Part shown: positions 1-15,000 of the stretch, piece after piece
Position numbering within the stretch: position 1 is the first letter of the stretch
Layout: every line of letters starts with the position of its first letter
NCBI GenBank assembly: GCA_964016885.1
Contig: OZ024742.1
Location: 226,052,001 to 226,116,000 of the forward strand
Reading direction: 5' to 3'
Length of the DNA stretch: 64,000 nt
From: Eledone cirrhosa
Lineage: Eukaryota
Program-made: the position numbers and the translations under genes
Notes under the pieces: generated by a model
Seen by the model: the letters and a program-made list of their open reading frames with translations, nothing else
Told to the model about the DNA's origin: nothing
Database searches by the model: none

Positions 1-3000
1 TTTTTGTCGTGACACTTACACGACCACTTTACAGTGTGGACTGGGTGCTTTTTGTTGTGACACATACACGACCACTTTACAGTGTGACTGGGTACTTTTT
101 GTCGTGACACCTACATGACCACTTTTCAGTGTGGACTGGGTGCTTTTTGTCGTGACACCTACACAACCACTTTACAGTGTGGACTGGGTGATTTTGTCGT
201 CACACCTACATGACCACTTCACAGTGTGAACTGGGTGCTTTTTGTCATGACACCTACATGACCACTTTACAGTGTGGACTGGGTACTTTTTGTCGTGACA
301 CCTACACAACCACTTTACAGTGTGGACTGGGTGCTTTTTGTCATGACACATACATGACCACTTTACAGTGTGGGCTGGGTGCTTTTTGTCATGACGCATA
401 CATGACCACCATACAGTGTGGACTGGGTGCTTTTTGTCGTGACATCTACATGACCACTTTACAGTGTGGACTGGGTGCTTTTTCTCGTGACACCTACATG
501 AACACTTTACAGTGTGGACTGGGTGCTTTTTGTCATGACACATACATGACCACTTTACAGTGTGGACTGGGGCTTTTTCTCATGACACATACATGACCAC
601 TTTACAGTGTGGACTGGGTGCTTTTTGTCATGACGCATACATGACCACTATACAGTGTGGACTGAGTGCTTTTTGTCGTGACACATACATGACCACTTTA
701 CAGTATGGCCCGGGTGCATTTTGTCGTGACACATATATGACCACTATACAGTGTGGACTCAGTGCTTTTTGTCGTGACACCTACATGACCACCTTACAGT
801 GTGGACTGGATGCTTTTTGTCGTGACACCTACATGACCACTTTACAGTGTGTACTGGGTACTTTTTGTCTTGACACCTACATGACCACTTTACAGTGTGT
901 ACTGGGTACTTTTTGTCATGACACCGACGTGACCGCTTTACAGTGTGGACTGGGTGCTTTTTGTCATGACACCTACACAACCACTTTACAGTGTGGACTG
1001 GATGCCTTTTGTCGTGACACATACATGACCACTTTACAGTGTGGACTGGGTGCTTTTTGTCGTGACACCTACATTACCACTTTACAGTGTGGACTGGGTG
1101 CTTTTTGTAGTGACACCTACATGACCACTTTACAGTGTGGACTAGGTGCTTTTTGTCATGACACCTACATGAGCACTTTACAGTGTGGACTGGGTCCTTT
1201 TTGTCGTGACACCTACATGACCACTTTACAGTGTGGACTGGGTGCTTTTTGGCGTGACACCTACACAACCACTTTACAGTGTGGACTGGGTGCTTTTTGT
1301 CGTGACACCTACATGACCACTTTACAGCGTGAACTGGGTGCTTTTTGTCGTGACACTTACACGACCACTTTACAGTGTGGACTGGGTGCTTTTTGTTGTG
1401 ACACATACACGACCACTTTACAGTGTGACTGGGTACTTTTTGTCGTGACACCTACATGACCACTTTTCAGTGTGGACTGGGTGCTTTTTGTCATGACACC
1501 TACATCACCACCTTACAGTGTGGACTGGATGCTTTTTGTCGTGACAGCTACATGACCAATTTACAGTGTGCACTGGGTACTTTTTGTCTTGACACCTACA
1601 TGACCACTTTACAGTGTGTACTGGGTACTTTTTGTCATGACACCGACATGACCGCTTTACAGTGTGGACTGGGTGCTTTTTATCATGACACCTACACAAC
1701 CACTTTACAGTGTGGACTGGATGCCTTTTGTCGTGACACATACATGACCACTTTACAGTGTGGACTGGGTGCTTTTTGTCGTGACACCTACATTACCACT
1801 TTACAGTGTGGACTGGGTGCTTTTTGTCGTGACACCTACATTACCACTTTACAGTGTGGACTGGGTGCTTTTTGGCGTGACACCTACACAACCACTTTAC
1901 AGTGTGGACTGGGTGCTTTTTGTCATGGCACCTACACAACCACTTCACAGTGTGGACTGGGTGCTTTTTGTCATGACGCATACATGACCACTATACAGTG
2001 TGGACTGAGTGCTTTTTGTCGTGACACATATATGACGACTTCACAGTGTGGTCTGGGTGGTTTTTGTCGTGACACCTACAAGACCACTTTACAATGTGGA
2101 CTGAGTGCTTTTCGCATGACACCTACACAACCACTTTACAGTGTGGACTGGGTGCTTTTTGTCGTGACACCTACATGACCACTTTACAGTTTGAACTGGG
2201 TGCTTTTTGTCGTGACACCTACATGACCACTTTACAGTGTGGACTGGGTGCTTTTTGTCGTGACACCTACACGACCACTTTACAGTGTGAACTGGGTGCT
2301 TTTTGTCGTGAAACCTACACGACCACTTTACAGCGTGAACTAGGTGCTTTTTGTCGTGACACTTACACGACCACTTTACAGTGTGGACTGGGTGCTTTTT
2401 GTCGTGACACATGCACGACCACTTTACAGTGTGGACTGGGTACTTTTTGTCGTGACACCTACATGACCACTTTTCAGTGTGGACTGGGTGCTTTTTGTCA
2501 TGACACCTACATGACCACCTTACAGTGTGGACTGGATGCTTTTTGTCGTGACACCTACATGACCACTTTACAGTGTGTACTGGGTACTTTTTGTCTTGAT
2601 ACCTACATGACCACTTTACAGTGTGTACTGGGTACTTTTTGTCATGACACCGACATGACCGCTTTACAGTGTGGACTGGGTGCTTTTTGTCATGACACCT
2701 ACACAACCACTTTACAATGTGGACTGGATGCCTTTTGTCGTGACACATACATGACCACTTTACAGTGTGGACTGGGTGCTTTTTGTCGTGACATCTACAT
2801 TACCACTTTACAGTGTGGACTGGGTGCTTTTTGTTGTGACACCTACATGACCACTTTTCAGTGTGGACTGGGTGCTTTTTGTTGTGACACCTACATGACC
2901 ACTTTACAGTGTGGACTGGGTGCTTTTTGGCGTGACACCTACACAACCACTTTACAGTGTGGACTGGGTGCTTTTTGTCATGGCACCTACACAACCACTT

Positions 3001-6000
3001 TACAGTGTGGACTGGGTGCTTTTTGTCGTGTCACCTACACAACCACTTTACAGTGTTCACTGGGTGCTTTTTGTTGTGACACCTACACAAGGACTTTATA
3101 GTGTGGACTGGGGGCTTTTTGTCGTGACACCTACACAACCATTTTACAGTGTGGACTGGGTTCTTTTTTTCATGACACCTTCATGACCACTTTACAGTGT
3201 GGACTGGGTGCTTTTTGTCGTGACACCTACACAACCACTTTACAGTGTGGACTGGGTGCTTTTTGTCATGACACCTACATGACCACTTAACAGTGTGGAC
3301 TGGGTACTTTTTGTTGTGACACCTACACAACCACTTTACAGTGTGGACTGGGTGCTTTTTGTATTGACACATACATGACCACTTTACAGTGTGGACTGGG
3401 GCTTTTTCTCATGACACATACATGACCACTTTACAGTGTGGACTGGGTGCTTTTTGTCATGACGCATACATGACCACTATACAGTGTGGACTGGGTGCTT
3501 TTTGTCGTGACATCTACATGACCACTTTACAGTGTGGACTGGGTGCTTTTTCTCGTGACACCTACATGACCACTTTACAGTGTGGACTGGGTGCTTTTTG
3601 TCATGACACATACATGACCACTTTACAGTGTGGACTGGGGCTTTTTCTCATGACACATACATGACCACTTTACAGTGTGGACTGGGTGCTTTTTGTCATG
3701 ACGCATACATGACCACTATACAGTGTGGACTGAGTGCTTTTTGTCGTGACACATACATGACCACTTTACAGTATGGCCCGGGTGCATTTTGTCGTGACAC
3801 ATATATGACCACTATACAGTGTGGACTCAGTGCTTTTTGTCGTGACACCTACATGACCACCTTACAGTGTGGACTGGATGCTTTTTGTCGTGACACCTAC
3901 ATGACCACTTTACAGTGTGTACTGGGTACTTTTTGTCTTGACACCTACATGACCACTTTACAGTGTGTACTGGGTACTTTTTGTCATGACACCGACGTGA
4001 CCGCTTTACAGTGTGGACTGGGTGCTTTTTGTCATGACACCTACACAACCACTTTACAGTGTGGACTGGATGCCTTTTGTCGTGACACATACATGACCAC
4101 TTTACAGTGTGGACTGGGTGCTTTTTGTCGTGACACCTACATTACCACTTTACAGTGTGGACTGGGTGCTTTTTGTAGTGACACCTACATGACCACTTTA
4201 CAGTGTGGACTAGGTGCTTTTTGTCATGACACCTACATGAGCACTTTACAGTGTGGACTGGGTCCTTTTTGTCGTGACACCTACATGACCACTTTACAGT
4301 GTGGACTGGGTGCTTTTTGGCGTGACACCTACACAACCACTTTACAGTGTGGACTGGGTGCTTTTTGTCGTGACACCTACATGACCACTTTAGAGCGTGA
4401 ACTGGGTGCTTTTTGTCGTGACACTTACACGACCACTTTACATTGTGGACTGGGTGCTTTTTGTCGTGACACCTACATGACCACTTTACAGTGTGGACTG
4501 GGTGCTTTTTGTTGTGACACATACACGACCACTTTACAGTGTGACTGGGTACTTTTTGTCGTGACACCTACATGACCACTTTTCAGTGTGGACTGGGTGC
4601 TTTTTGTCATGACACCTACATCACCACCTTACAGTGTGGACTGGATGCTTTTTGTCGTGACACCTACATGACCAATTTACAGTGTGCACTGGGTACTTTT
4701 TGTCTTGACACCTACATGACCACTTTACAGTGTGTACTGGGTACTTTTTGTCATGACACCGACATGACCGCTTTACAGTGTGGACTGGGTGCTTTTTATC
4801 ATGACACCTACACAACCACTTTACAGTGTGGACTGGATGCCTTTTGTCGTGACACATACATGACCACTTTACAGTGTGGACTGGGTGCTTTTTGTCGTGA
4901 CACCTACATTACCACTTTACAGTGTGGACTGGGTGCTTTTTGTCGTGACACCTACATTACCACTTTACAGTGTGGACTGGGTGCTTTTTGTCGTGACACC
5001 TACATGACCACTTTACAGTGTGGACTGGGTGCTTTTTGGCGTGACACCTACACAACCACTTTACAGTGTGGACTGGGTGCTTTTTGTCATGGCACCTACA
5101 CAACCACTTCACAGTGTGGACTGGGTGCTTTTTGTCATGACGCATACATGACCACTATACAGTGTGGACTGAGTGCTTTTTGTCGTGACACATATATGAC
5201 GACTTTACAGTGTGGTCTGGGTGGTTTTTGTCGTGACACCTACAAGACCACTTTACAATGTGGACTGAGTGCTTTTTGCATGACACCTACACAACCACTT
5301 TACAGTGTGGACTGGGTGCTTTTTGTCGTGACACCTACATGACCACTTTACAGTTTGAACTGGGTGCTTTTTGTCGTGACACCTACATGACCACTTTACA
5401 GTGTGGACTGGGTGCTTTTTGTCGTGACACCTACACGACCACTTTACAGTGTGAACTGGGTGCTTTTTGTCGTGAAACCTACACGACCACTTTACAGCGT
5501 GAACTAGGTGCTTTTTGTCGTGACACTTACACGACCACTTTACAGTGTGGACTGGGTGCTTTTTGTCATGACACCTACATGACCACCTTACAGTGTGGAC
5601 TGGATGCTTTTTGTCGTGACACCTACATGACCACTTTACAGTGTGTACTGGGTACTTTTTGTCTTGATACCTACATGACCACTTTACAGTGTGTACTGGG
5701 TACTTTTTGTCATGACACCGACATGACCGCTTTACAGTGTGGACTGGGTGCTTTTTGTCATGACACCTACACAACCACTTTACAATGTGGACTGGATGCC
5801 TTTTGTCGTGACACATACATGACCACTTTACAGTGTGGACTGGGTGCTTTTTGTCGTGACATCTACATTACCACTTTACAGTGTGGACTGGGTGCTTTTT
5901 GTTGTGACACCTACATGACCACTTTTCAGTGTGGACTGGGTGCTTTTTGTTGTGACACCTACATGACCACTTTACAGTGTGGACTGGGTGCTTTTTGGCG

Positions 6001-9000
6001 TGACACCTACACAACCACTTTACAGTGTGGACTGGGTGCTTTTTGTCATGGCACCTACACAACCACTTTACAGTGTGGACTGGGTGCTTTTTGTCGTGTC
6101 ACCTACACAACCACTTTACAGTGTTCACTGGGTGCTTTTTGTTGTGACACCTACACAAGGACTTTATAGTGTGGACTGGGGGCTTTTTGTCGTGACACCT
6201 ACACAACCATTTTACAGTGTGGACTGGGTTCTTTTTTTCATGACACCTTCATGACCACTTTACAGTGTGGACTGGGTGCTTTTTGTCGTGACACCTACAC
6301 AACCACTTTACAGTGTGGACTGGGTGATTTTGTCGTGACACCTACATGACCACTTCACAGTGTGAACTGGGTGCTTTTTGTCATGACACCTACATGACCA
6401 CTTAACAGTGTGGACTGGGTACTTTTTGTTGTGACACCTACACAACCACTTTACAGTGTGGACTGGGTGCTTTTTGTCATGACACATACATGACCACTTT
6501 ACAGTGTGGACTGGGGCTTTTTCTCATGACACATACATGACCACTTTACAGTGTGGACTGGGTGCTTTTTGTCATGACGCATACATGACCACTATACAGT
6601 GTGGACTGGGTGCTTTTTGTCGTGACATCTACATGACCACTTTACAGTGTGGACTGGGTGCTTTTTCTCGTGACACCTACATGACCACTTTACAGTGTGG
6701 ACTGGGTGCTTTTTGTCATGACACATACATGACCACTTTACAGTGTGGACTGGGGCTTTTTCTCATGACACATACATGACCACTTTACAGTGTGGACTGG
6801 GTGCTTTTTGTCATGAGGCATACATGACCACTATACAGTGTGGACTGAGTGCTTTTTGTCGTGACACATACATGACCACTTTACAGTATGGACCGGGTGC
6901 TTTTTGTCGTGACACATATATGACCACTTTACAGTGTGGTCTGGGTGGTTTTTGTCGTGACACCTACAAGACCACTTTACAATGTGGACTGGGTGCTTTT
7001 TGTCATGACACCTACACAACCACTTTACAGTGTGGACTGGGTGCTTTTTGTCGTGACACCTACATGACCACTTTACAGTTTGAACTGGGTGCTTGTTGTC
7101 GTGACACCTACATGACCACTTTACAGTGTGGACTGGGTGCTTTTTGTCGTGACACCTACACGACCACTTTACAGTGTGAACTGGGTACTTTTTGTTGTGA
7201 AACCTACACGACCACTTTACAGCGTGAACTGGGTGCTTTTTGTCGTGACACTTACACGACCACTTTACAGTGTGGACTGGGTGCTTTTTGTCGTGACACC
7301 TACATGACCACTTTACAGTGTGGACTGGGTGCTTTTTGTCGTGACACATACACGACCACTTTACAGTGTGGACTGGGTACTTTTTGTCGTGACACCTACA
7401 TGACCACTTTTCAGTGTGGACTGGGTGCCTTTTGTCGTGACACATACATGACCACTTTACAGTGTGGACTGGGTGCTTTTTGTCGTGACACCTACATGAC
7501 CACTTTACAGTGTGGACTGGGTGCTTTTTATCATGACACCTACACAACCACTTTACAGTGTGGACTGGGTGCTTTTTGTTGTGACACCTACATGACCACT
7601 TTACAGTGTGGACTGGGTGCTTTTTGTCGTGACACCTACACGACCACTTTACAGTGTGAACTGGGTGCTTTTTGTTGTGAAACCTACACGACCACTTTAC
7701 AGCGTGAACTGGGTGCTTTTTGTCGTGACACTTACACGACCACTTTACAGTGTGGACTGGGTGCTTTTTGTCGTGACACCTACATGACCACTTTACAGTG
7801 TGAACTGGGTGCTTTTTGTCGTGACACATACACGACCACTTTACAGTGTGGACTGGGTACTTTTTGTCGTGACACCTACATGACCACTTTTCAGTGTGGA
7901 CTGGGTGCCTTTTGTCGTGACACATACATGACCACTTTACAGTGTGGACTGGGTGCTTTTTGTCGTGACACCTACATGACCACTTTACAGTGTGGACTGG
8001 GTGCTTTTTATCATGACACCTACACAACCACTTTACAGTGTGGACTGGGTGCTTTTTGTTGTGACACCTACATGACCACTTTACAGTGTGGACTGGGTGC
8101 TTTTTGTCGTGACACCTACACGACCACTTTACAGTGTGAACTGGGTGCTTTTTGTCGTGAAACCTACACGACCACTTTACAGCGTGAACTAGGTGCTTTT
8201 TGTCGTGACACTTACACGACCACTTTACAGTGTGGACTGGGTGCTTTTTGTCGTGACACATGCACGACCACTTTACAGTGTGCACTGGGTACTTTTTGTC
8301 GTGACACCTACATGACCACTTTTCAGTGTGGACTGGGTGCTTTTTGTCATGACACCTACATGACCACCTTACAGTGTGGACTGGATGCTTTTTGTCGTGA
8401 CACCTACATGACCACTTTACAGTGTGGACTGGGTGCTTTTTGTCGTGACACCTACATGACCACTTTACAGTGTGGACTGGGTGCTTTTTGTCGTGACACA
8501 TACACGACCACTTTACAGTGTGGACTGGGTACTTTTTGTCGTGACACCTACATGACCACTTTTCAGTGTGGACTGGGTGCCTTTTGTCGTGACACATACA
8601 TGACCACTTTACAGTGTAGACTGGGTGCTTTTTGTCGTGAAACCTACATGACCACTTTACAGTGTGGACTGGGTGCTTTTTATCATGACACCTACACAAC
8701 CACTTTACAGTGTGGACTGGGTGCTTTTTGTTGTGACACCTACATGACCACTTTACAGTGTGGACTGGGTGCTTTTTGTCGTGACACCTACATGACCACT
8801 TTACAGTGTGAACTGGGTGCTTTTTGTCGTGAAACCTACACGACCACTTTACAGCGTGAACTAGGTGCTTTTTGTCGTGACACTTACACGACCACTTTAC
8901 AGTGTGGACTGGGTACTTTTTGTCGTGACACCTACATGACCACTTTTCAGTGTGGACTGGGTGCTTTTTGTCATGACACCTACATGACCACCTTACAGTG

Positions 9001-12000
9001 TGGACTGGATGCTTTTTGTCGTGACACCTACATGACCACTTTACAGTGTGTACTGGGTACTTTTTGTCTTGATACCTACATGACCACTTTACAGTATGTA
9101 CTGGGTACTTTTTGTCATGACACCGACATGACCGCTTTACAGTGTGGACTGGGTGCTTTTTGTCATGACACCTACCCAACCACTTTACAATGTGGACTGG
9201 ATGCCTTTTGTCGTGACACATACATGACCACTTTACAGTGTGGACTGGGTGCTTTTTGTCGTGACATCTACATTACCACTTTACAGTGTGGACTGGGTGC
9301 TTTTTGTTGTGACACCTACATGACCACTTTTCAGTGTGGACTGGGTGCTTTTTGTTGTGACACCTACATGACCACTTTACAGTGTGGACTGGGTGCTTTT
9401 TGGCGTGACACCTACACAACCACTTTACAGTGTGGACTGGGTGCTTTTTGACATGGCACCTACACAACCACTTTACAGTGTGGACTGGGTGCTTTTTGTC
9501 GTGTCACCTACACAACCACTTTACAGTGTTCACTGGGTGCTTTTTGTTGTGACACCTACACAAGGACTTTATAGTGTGGACTGGGGGCTTTTTGTCGTGA
9601 CACCTACACAACCATTTTACAGTGTGGACTGGGTTCTTTTTTTCATGACACCTTCATGACCACTTTACAGTGTGGACTGGGTGCTTTTTGTCGTGACACC
9701 TACACAACCACTTTACAGTGTGGACTGGGTGATTTTGTCGTGACACCTACATGACCACTTCACAGTGTGAACTGGGTGCTTTTTGTCATGACACCTACAT
9801 GACCACTTAACAGTGTGGACTGGGTACTTTTTGTTGTGACACCTACACAACCACTTTACAGTGTGGACTGGGTGCTTTTTGTCATGACACATACATGACC
9901 ACTTTACAGTGTGGACTGGGGCTTTTTCTCATGACACATACATGACCACTTTACAGTGTGGACTGGGTGCTTTTTGTCATGACGCATACATGACCACTAT
10001 ACAGTGTGGACTGGGTGCTTTTTGTCGTGACATCTACATGACCACTTTACAGTGTGGACTGGGTGCTTTTTCTCGTGACACCTACATGACCACTTTACAG
10101 TGTGGACTGGGTGCTTTTTGTCATGACACATACATGACCACTTTACAGTGTGGACTGGGGCTTTTTCTCATGACACATACATGACCACTTTACAGTGTGG
10201 ACTGGGTGCTTTTTGTCATGAGGCATACATGACCACTATACAGTGTGGACTGAGTGCTTTTTGTCGTGACACATACATGACCACTTTACAGTATGGACCG
10301 GGTGCTTTTTGTCGTGACACATATATGACCACTTTACAGTGTGGTCTGGGTGGTTTTTGTCGTGACACCTACAAGACCACTTTACAATGTGGACTGGGTG
10401 CTTTTTGTCATGACACCTACACAACCACTTTACAGTGTGGACTGGGTGCTTTTTGTCGTGACACCTACATGACCACTTTACAGTTTGAACTGGGTGCTTG
10501 TTGTCGTGACACCTACATGACCACTTTACAGTGTGGACTGGGTGCTTTTTGTCGTGACACCTACATTTACCACTTTACAGTGTGAACTGGGTGCTTTTTG
10601 TTGTGAAACCTACACGACCACTTTACAGCGTGAACTGGGTGCTTTTTGTCGTGACACTTACACGACCACTTTACAGTGTGGACTGGGTGCTTTTTGTCGT
10701 GACACCTACATGACCACTTTACAGTGTGGACTGGGTGCTTTTTGTCGTGACACATACACGACCACTTTACAGTGTGGACTGGGTACTTTTTGTCGTGACA
10801 CCTACATGACCACTTTTCAGTGTGGACTGGGTGCCTTTTGTCGTGACACATACATGACCACTTTACAGTGTGGACTGGGTGCTTTTTGTCGTGACACCTA
10901 CATGACCACTTTACAGTGTGGACTGGGTGCTTTTTATCATGACACCTACACAACCACTTTACAGTGTGGACTGGGTGCTTTTTGTTGTGACACCTGCATG
11001 ACCACTTTACAGTGTGGACTGGGTGCTTTTTGGCGTGACACCTACACAACCACTTTACAGTGTGGACTGGGTGCTTTTTGTCATGGCACCTACACAACCA
11101 GTTTACAGTGTGGACTGGGTGCTTTTTGCGTGTCACCTACACAACCACTTTACAGTGTTCACTGGGTGCTTTTTGTTGTGACACCTACACAAGGACTTTA
11201 TAGTGTGGACTGGGTGCTTTTTGTCGTGACACCTACACAACCACTTTACAGTGTGGACTGGGTGCTTTTTGTCATGACACCGACATGACCGCTTTACAGT
11301 GTGGACTCGGTGATTTTTGTCATGACACCTACACAACCACTTTACAGTGTGGACTGGATGCCTTTTGTCGTGACACATACATGACCACTTTACAGTGTGG
11401 ACTGGGTGCTTTTTGTTGTGACACCTACATGACCACTTTACAGTGTGGACTGGGTTCTTTTTTTCATGACACCTTCACAACCACTTTACAGTGTGGACTG
11501 GGTGCTTTTTGTCGTGACATCTACACAACCACTTTACAGTGTGGACTGGGTGATTTTCTCGTGACACCTACATGACCACTTCACAGTGTGAACTGGGTGC
11601 TTTTTGTCATGACACCTACATGACCACTTTACAGTGTGGACTGGGTACTTTTTGTCGTGACACCTACACAACCACTTTACAGTGTGGACTGGGTGCTTTT
11701 TGTCATGACACATACATGACCACTTTACAGTGTGGACTGGGGCTTTTTCTCATGACACATACATGACCACTTTACAGTGTGGGCTGGGTGCTTTTTGTCA
11801 TGACGCATACATGACCACCATACAATGTGGACTGGGTGCTTTTTGTCGTGACATCTACATCACCACTTTACAGTGTGGAGTGGGTGCTTTTCCTCGTGAC
11901 ACCTACATGAACACTTTACAGTGTGGACTGGGTGCTTTTTGTCATGACACATACATGACCACTTTACAGTGTGGACTGGGGCTTTTTCTCATGACACATA

Positions 12001-15000
12001 CATGACCACTTTACAGTGTGGACTGGGTGCTTTTTGTCATGACGCATACATGACCACTCTACAGTGTGGACTGAGTGCTTTTTGTCGTGACACATACATG
12101 ACCACTTTACAGTATGGACCGGGTGCTTTTTGTCGTGACACATATATGACCACTTTACAGTGTGGTCTGGGTGGTTTTTGTCGTGACACCTACAAGACCA
12201 CTTTACAATGTGGACTGGGTGCTTTTTGTTATGACACCTACACAACCACTTTACAGTGTGGACTGGGTGCTTTTTGTCGTGACACCTACATGACCACTTT
12301 ACAGTTTGAACTGGGTGCTTTTTGTCGTGACACCTACATGACCACTTTACAGTGTGGACTGGGTGCTTTTTGTCGTGACACCTACACGACCACTTTACAG
12401 TGTGAACTGGGTGCTTTTTGTCGTGAAACCTACACGACTACTTTACAGCGTGAACTGGGTGCTTTTTGTCGTGACACTTACACGACCACTTTACAGTGTG
12501 GACTGGGTGCTTTTTGTCGTGACACCTACATGACCACTTTACAGTGTTGACTGGGTGCTTTTTGTCGTGACACATACACGACCACTTTACAGTGTGGACT
12601 GGGTACTTTTTGTCGTGACACCTACACGACCACTTTTCAGTGTGGACTGGGGGCCTTTTGTCGTGACACATGCATGACCACTTTACAGTGTGGGCTGGGT
12701 GCTTTTTGTCGTGACACCTACATTACCACTTTACAGTGTGGACTGGGTGCTTTTTGTTGTGACACCTACATGACCACTTTAGAGTGTGGACTGGGTGCTT
12801 TTTGGCGTGACACCTACACAACCACTTTACAGTGTGGACTGGGTGCTTTTTGTCATGGCACCTACACAACCACTTTACAGTGTGGACTGGGTGCTTTTTG
12901 TCGTGTCACCTACACAACCACTTTACAGTGTTCACTGGGTGCTTTTTGTTGTGACACCTACACAAGGACTTTATAGTGTGGACTGGGTGCTTTTTGTCGT
13001 GACACCTACACAACCACTTTACAGTGTGGACTGGGTGCTTTTTGTCATGACACCGACATGACCGCTTTACAGTGTGGACTCGGTGCTTTTTGTCATGACA
13101 CCTACACAACCACTTTACAGTGTGGACTGGATGCCTTTTGTCGTGACACATACATGACCACTTTACAGTGTGGACTGGGTGCTTTTTGTCGTGACACCTA
13201 CATTACCACTTTACAGTGTGGACTGGGTGCTTTTTGTTGTGACACCTACATGACCACTTTACAGTGTGGACTGGGTTCTTTTTTTCATGACACCTTCACA
13301 ACCACTTTACAGTGTGGACTGGGTGCTTTTTGTCGTGACATCTACACAACCACTTTACAGTGTGGACTGGGTGATTTTCTCGTGACACCTACATGACCAC
13401 TTCACAGTGTGAACTGGGTGCTTTTTGTCATGACACCTACATGACCACTTTACAGTGTGGACTGGGTACTTTTTGTCGTGACACCTACACAACCACTTTA
13501 CAGTGTGGACTGGGTGCTTTTTGTCATGACACATACATGACCACTTTACAGTGTGGACTGGGGCTTTTTCTCATGACACATACATGACCACTTTACAGTG
13601 TGGGCTGGGTGCTTTTTGTCATGACGCATACATGACCACCATACAATGTGGACTGGGTGCTTTTTGTCGTGACATCTACATCACCACTTTACAGTGTGGA
13701 GTGGGTGCTTTTTCTCGTGACACCTACATGAACACTTTACAGTGTGGACTGGGTGCTTTTTGTCATGACACATACATGACCACTTTACAGTGTGGACTGG
13801 GGCTTTTTCTCATGACACATACATGACCACTTTACAGTGTGGACTGGGTGCTTTTTGTCATGACGCATACATGACCACTATACAGTGTGGACTGAGTGAT
13901 TTTTGTCGTGACACATACATGACCACTTTACAGTATGGACCGGGTGCTTTTTGTCGTGACACATATATGACCACTTTACAGTGTGGTCTGGGTGGTTTTT
14001 GTCGTGACACCTACAAGACCACTTTACAATGTGGACTGGGTGCTTTTTGTCATGACACCTACACAACCACTTTACAGTGTGGACTGGGTGCTTTTTGTCG
14101 TGACACCTACATGACCACTTTACAGTTTGAACTGGGTGCTTTTTGTCGCTACACCTACATGACCACTTTACAGTGTGGACTGGGTGCTTTTTGTCGTGAC
14201 ACCTACACGACCACTTTACAGTGTGAACTGGGTGCTTTTTGTCGTGAAACCTACACGACTACTTTACAGCGTGAACTGGGTGCCTTTTGTCGTGACACTT
14301 ACACGACCACTTTACAGTGTGGACTGGGTGCTTTTTGTCGTGACACCTACATGACCACTTTACAGTGTTGACTGGGTGCTTTTTGTCGTGACACATACAC
14401 GACCACTTTACAGTGTGGACTGGGTACTTTTTGTCGTGACACCTACATGACCACTTTTCAGTGTGGACTGGGTGCTTTTTGTCATGACACCTACATGACC
14501 ACTTTACAGTGTGGACTGGGTGCTTTTTGGCGTGACACCTACACAACCACTTTACAGTGTGGACTGGGTGCTTTTTGTCATGGCACCTACACAACCACTT
14601 TACAGTGTGGACTGGGTGCTTTTTGTCGTGTCACCTACACAACCACTTTACAGTGTTCACTGGGTGCTTTTTGTTGTGACACCTACACAAGGACTTTATA
14701 GTGTGGACTGGGTGCTTTTTGTCGTGACACCTACACAACCACTTTACAGTGTGGACTGGGTGCTTTTTGTCATGACACCGACATGACCGCTTTACAGTGT
14801 GGACTGGGTGCTTTTTGTCATGACACCTACACAACCACTTTACAGTGTGGACTGGATGCCTTTTGTCGTGACACATACATGACCACTTTACAGTGTGGTC
14901 TGGGTGCTTTTTGTCGTGACACCTACATTACCACTTTACAGTGTGGACTGGGTGCTTTTTGTCGTGACACCTACATTACCACTTTACAGTGTGGACTGGG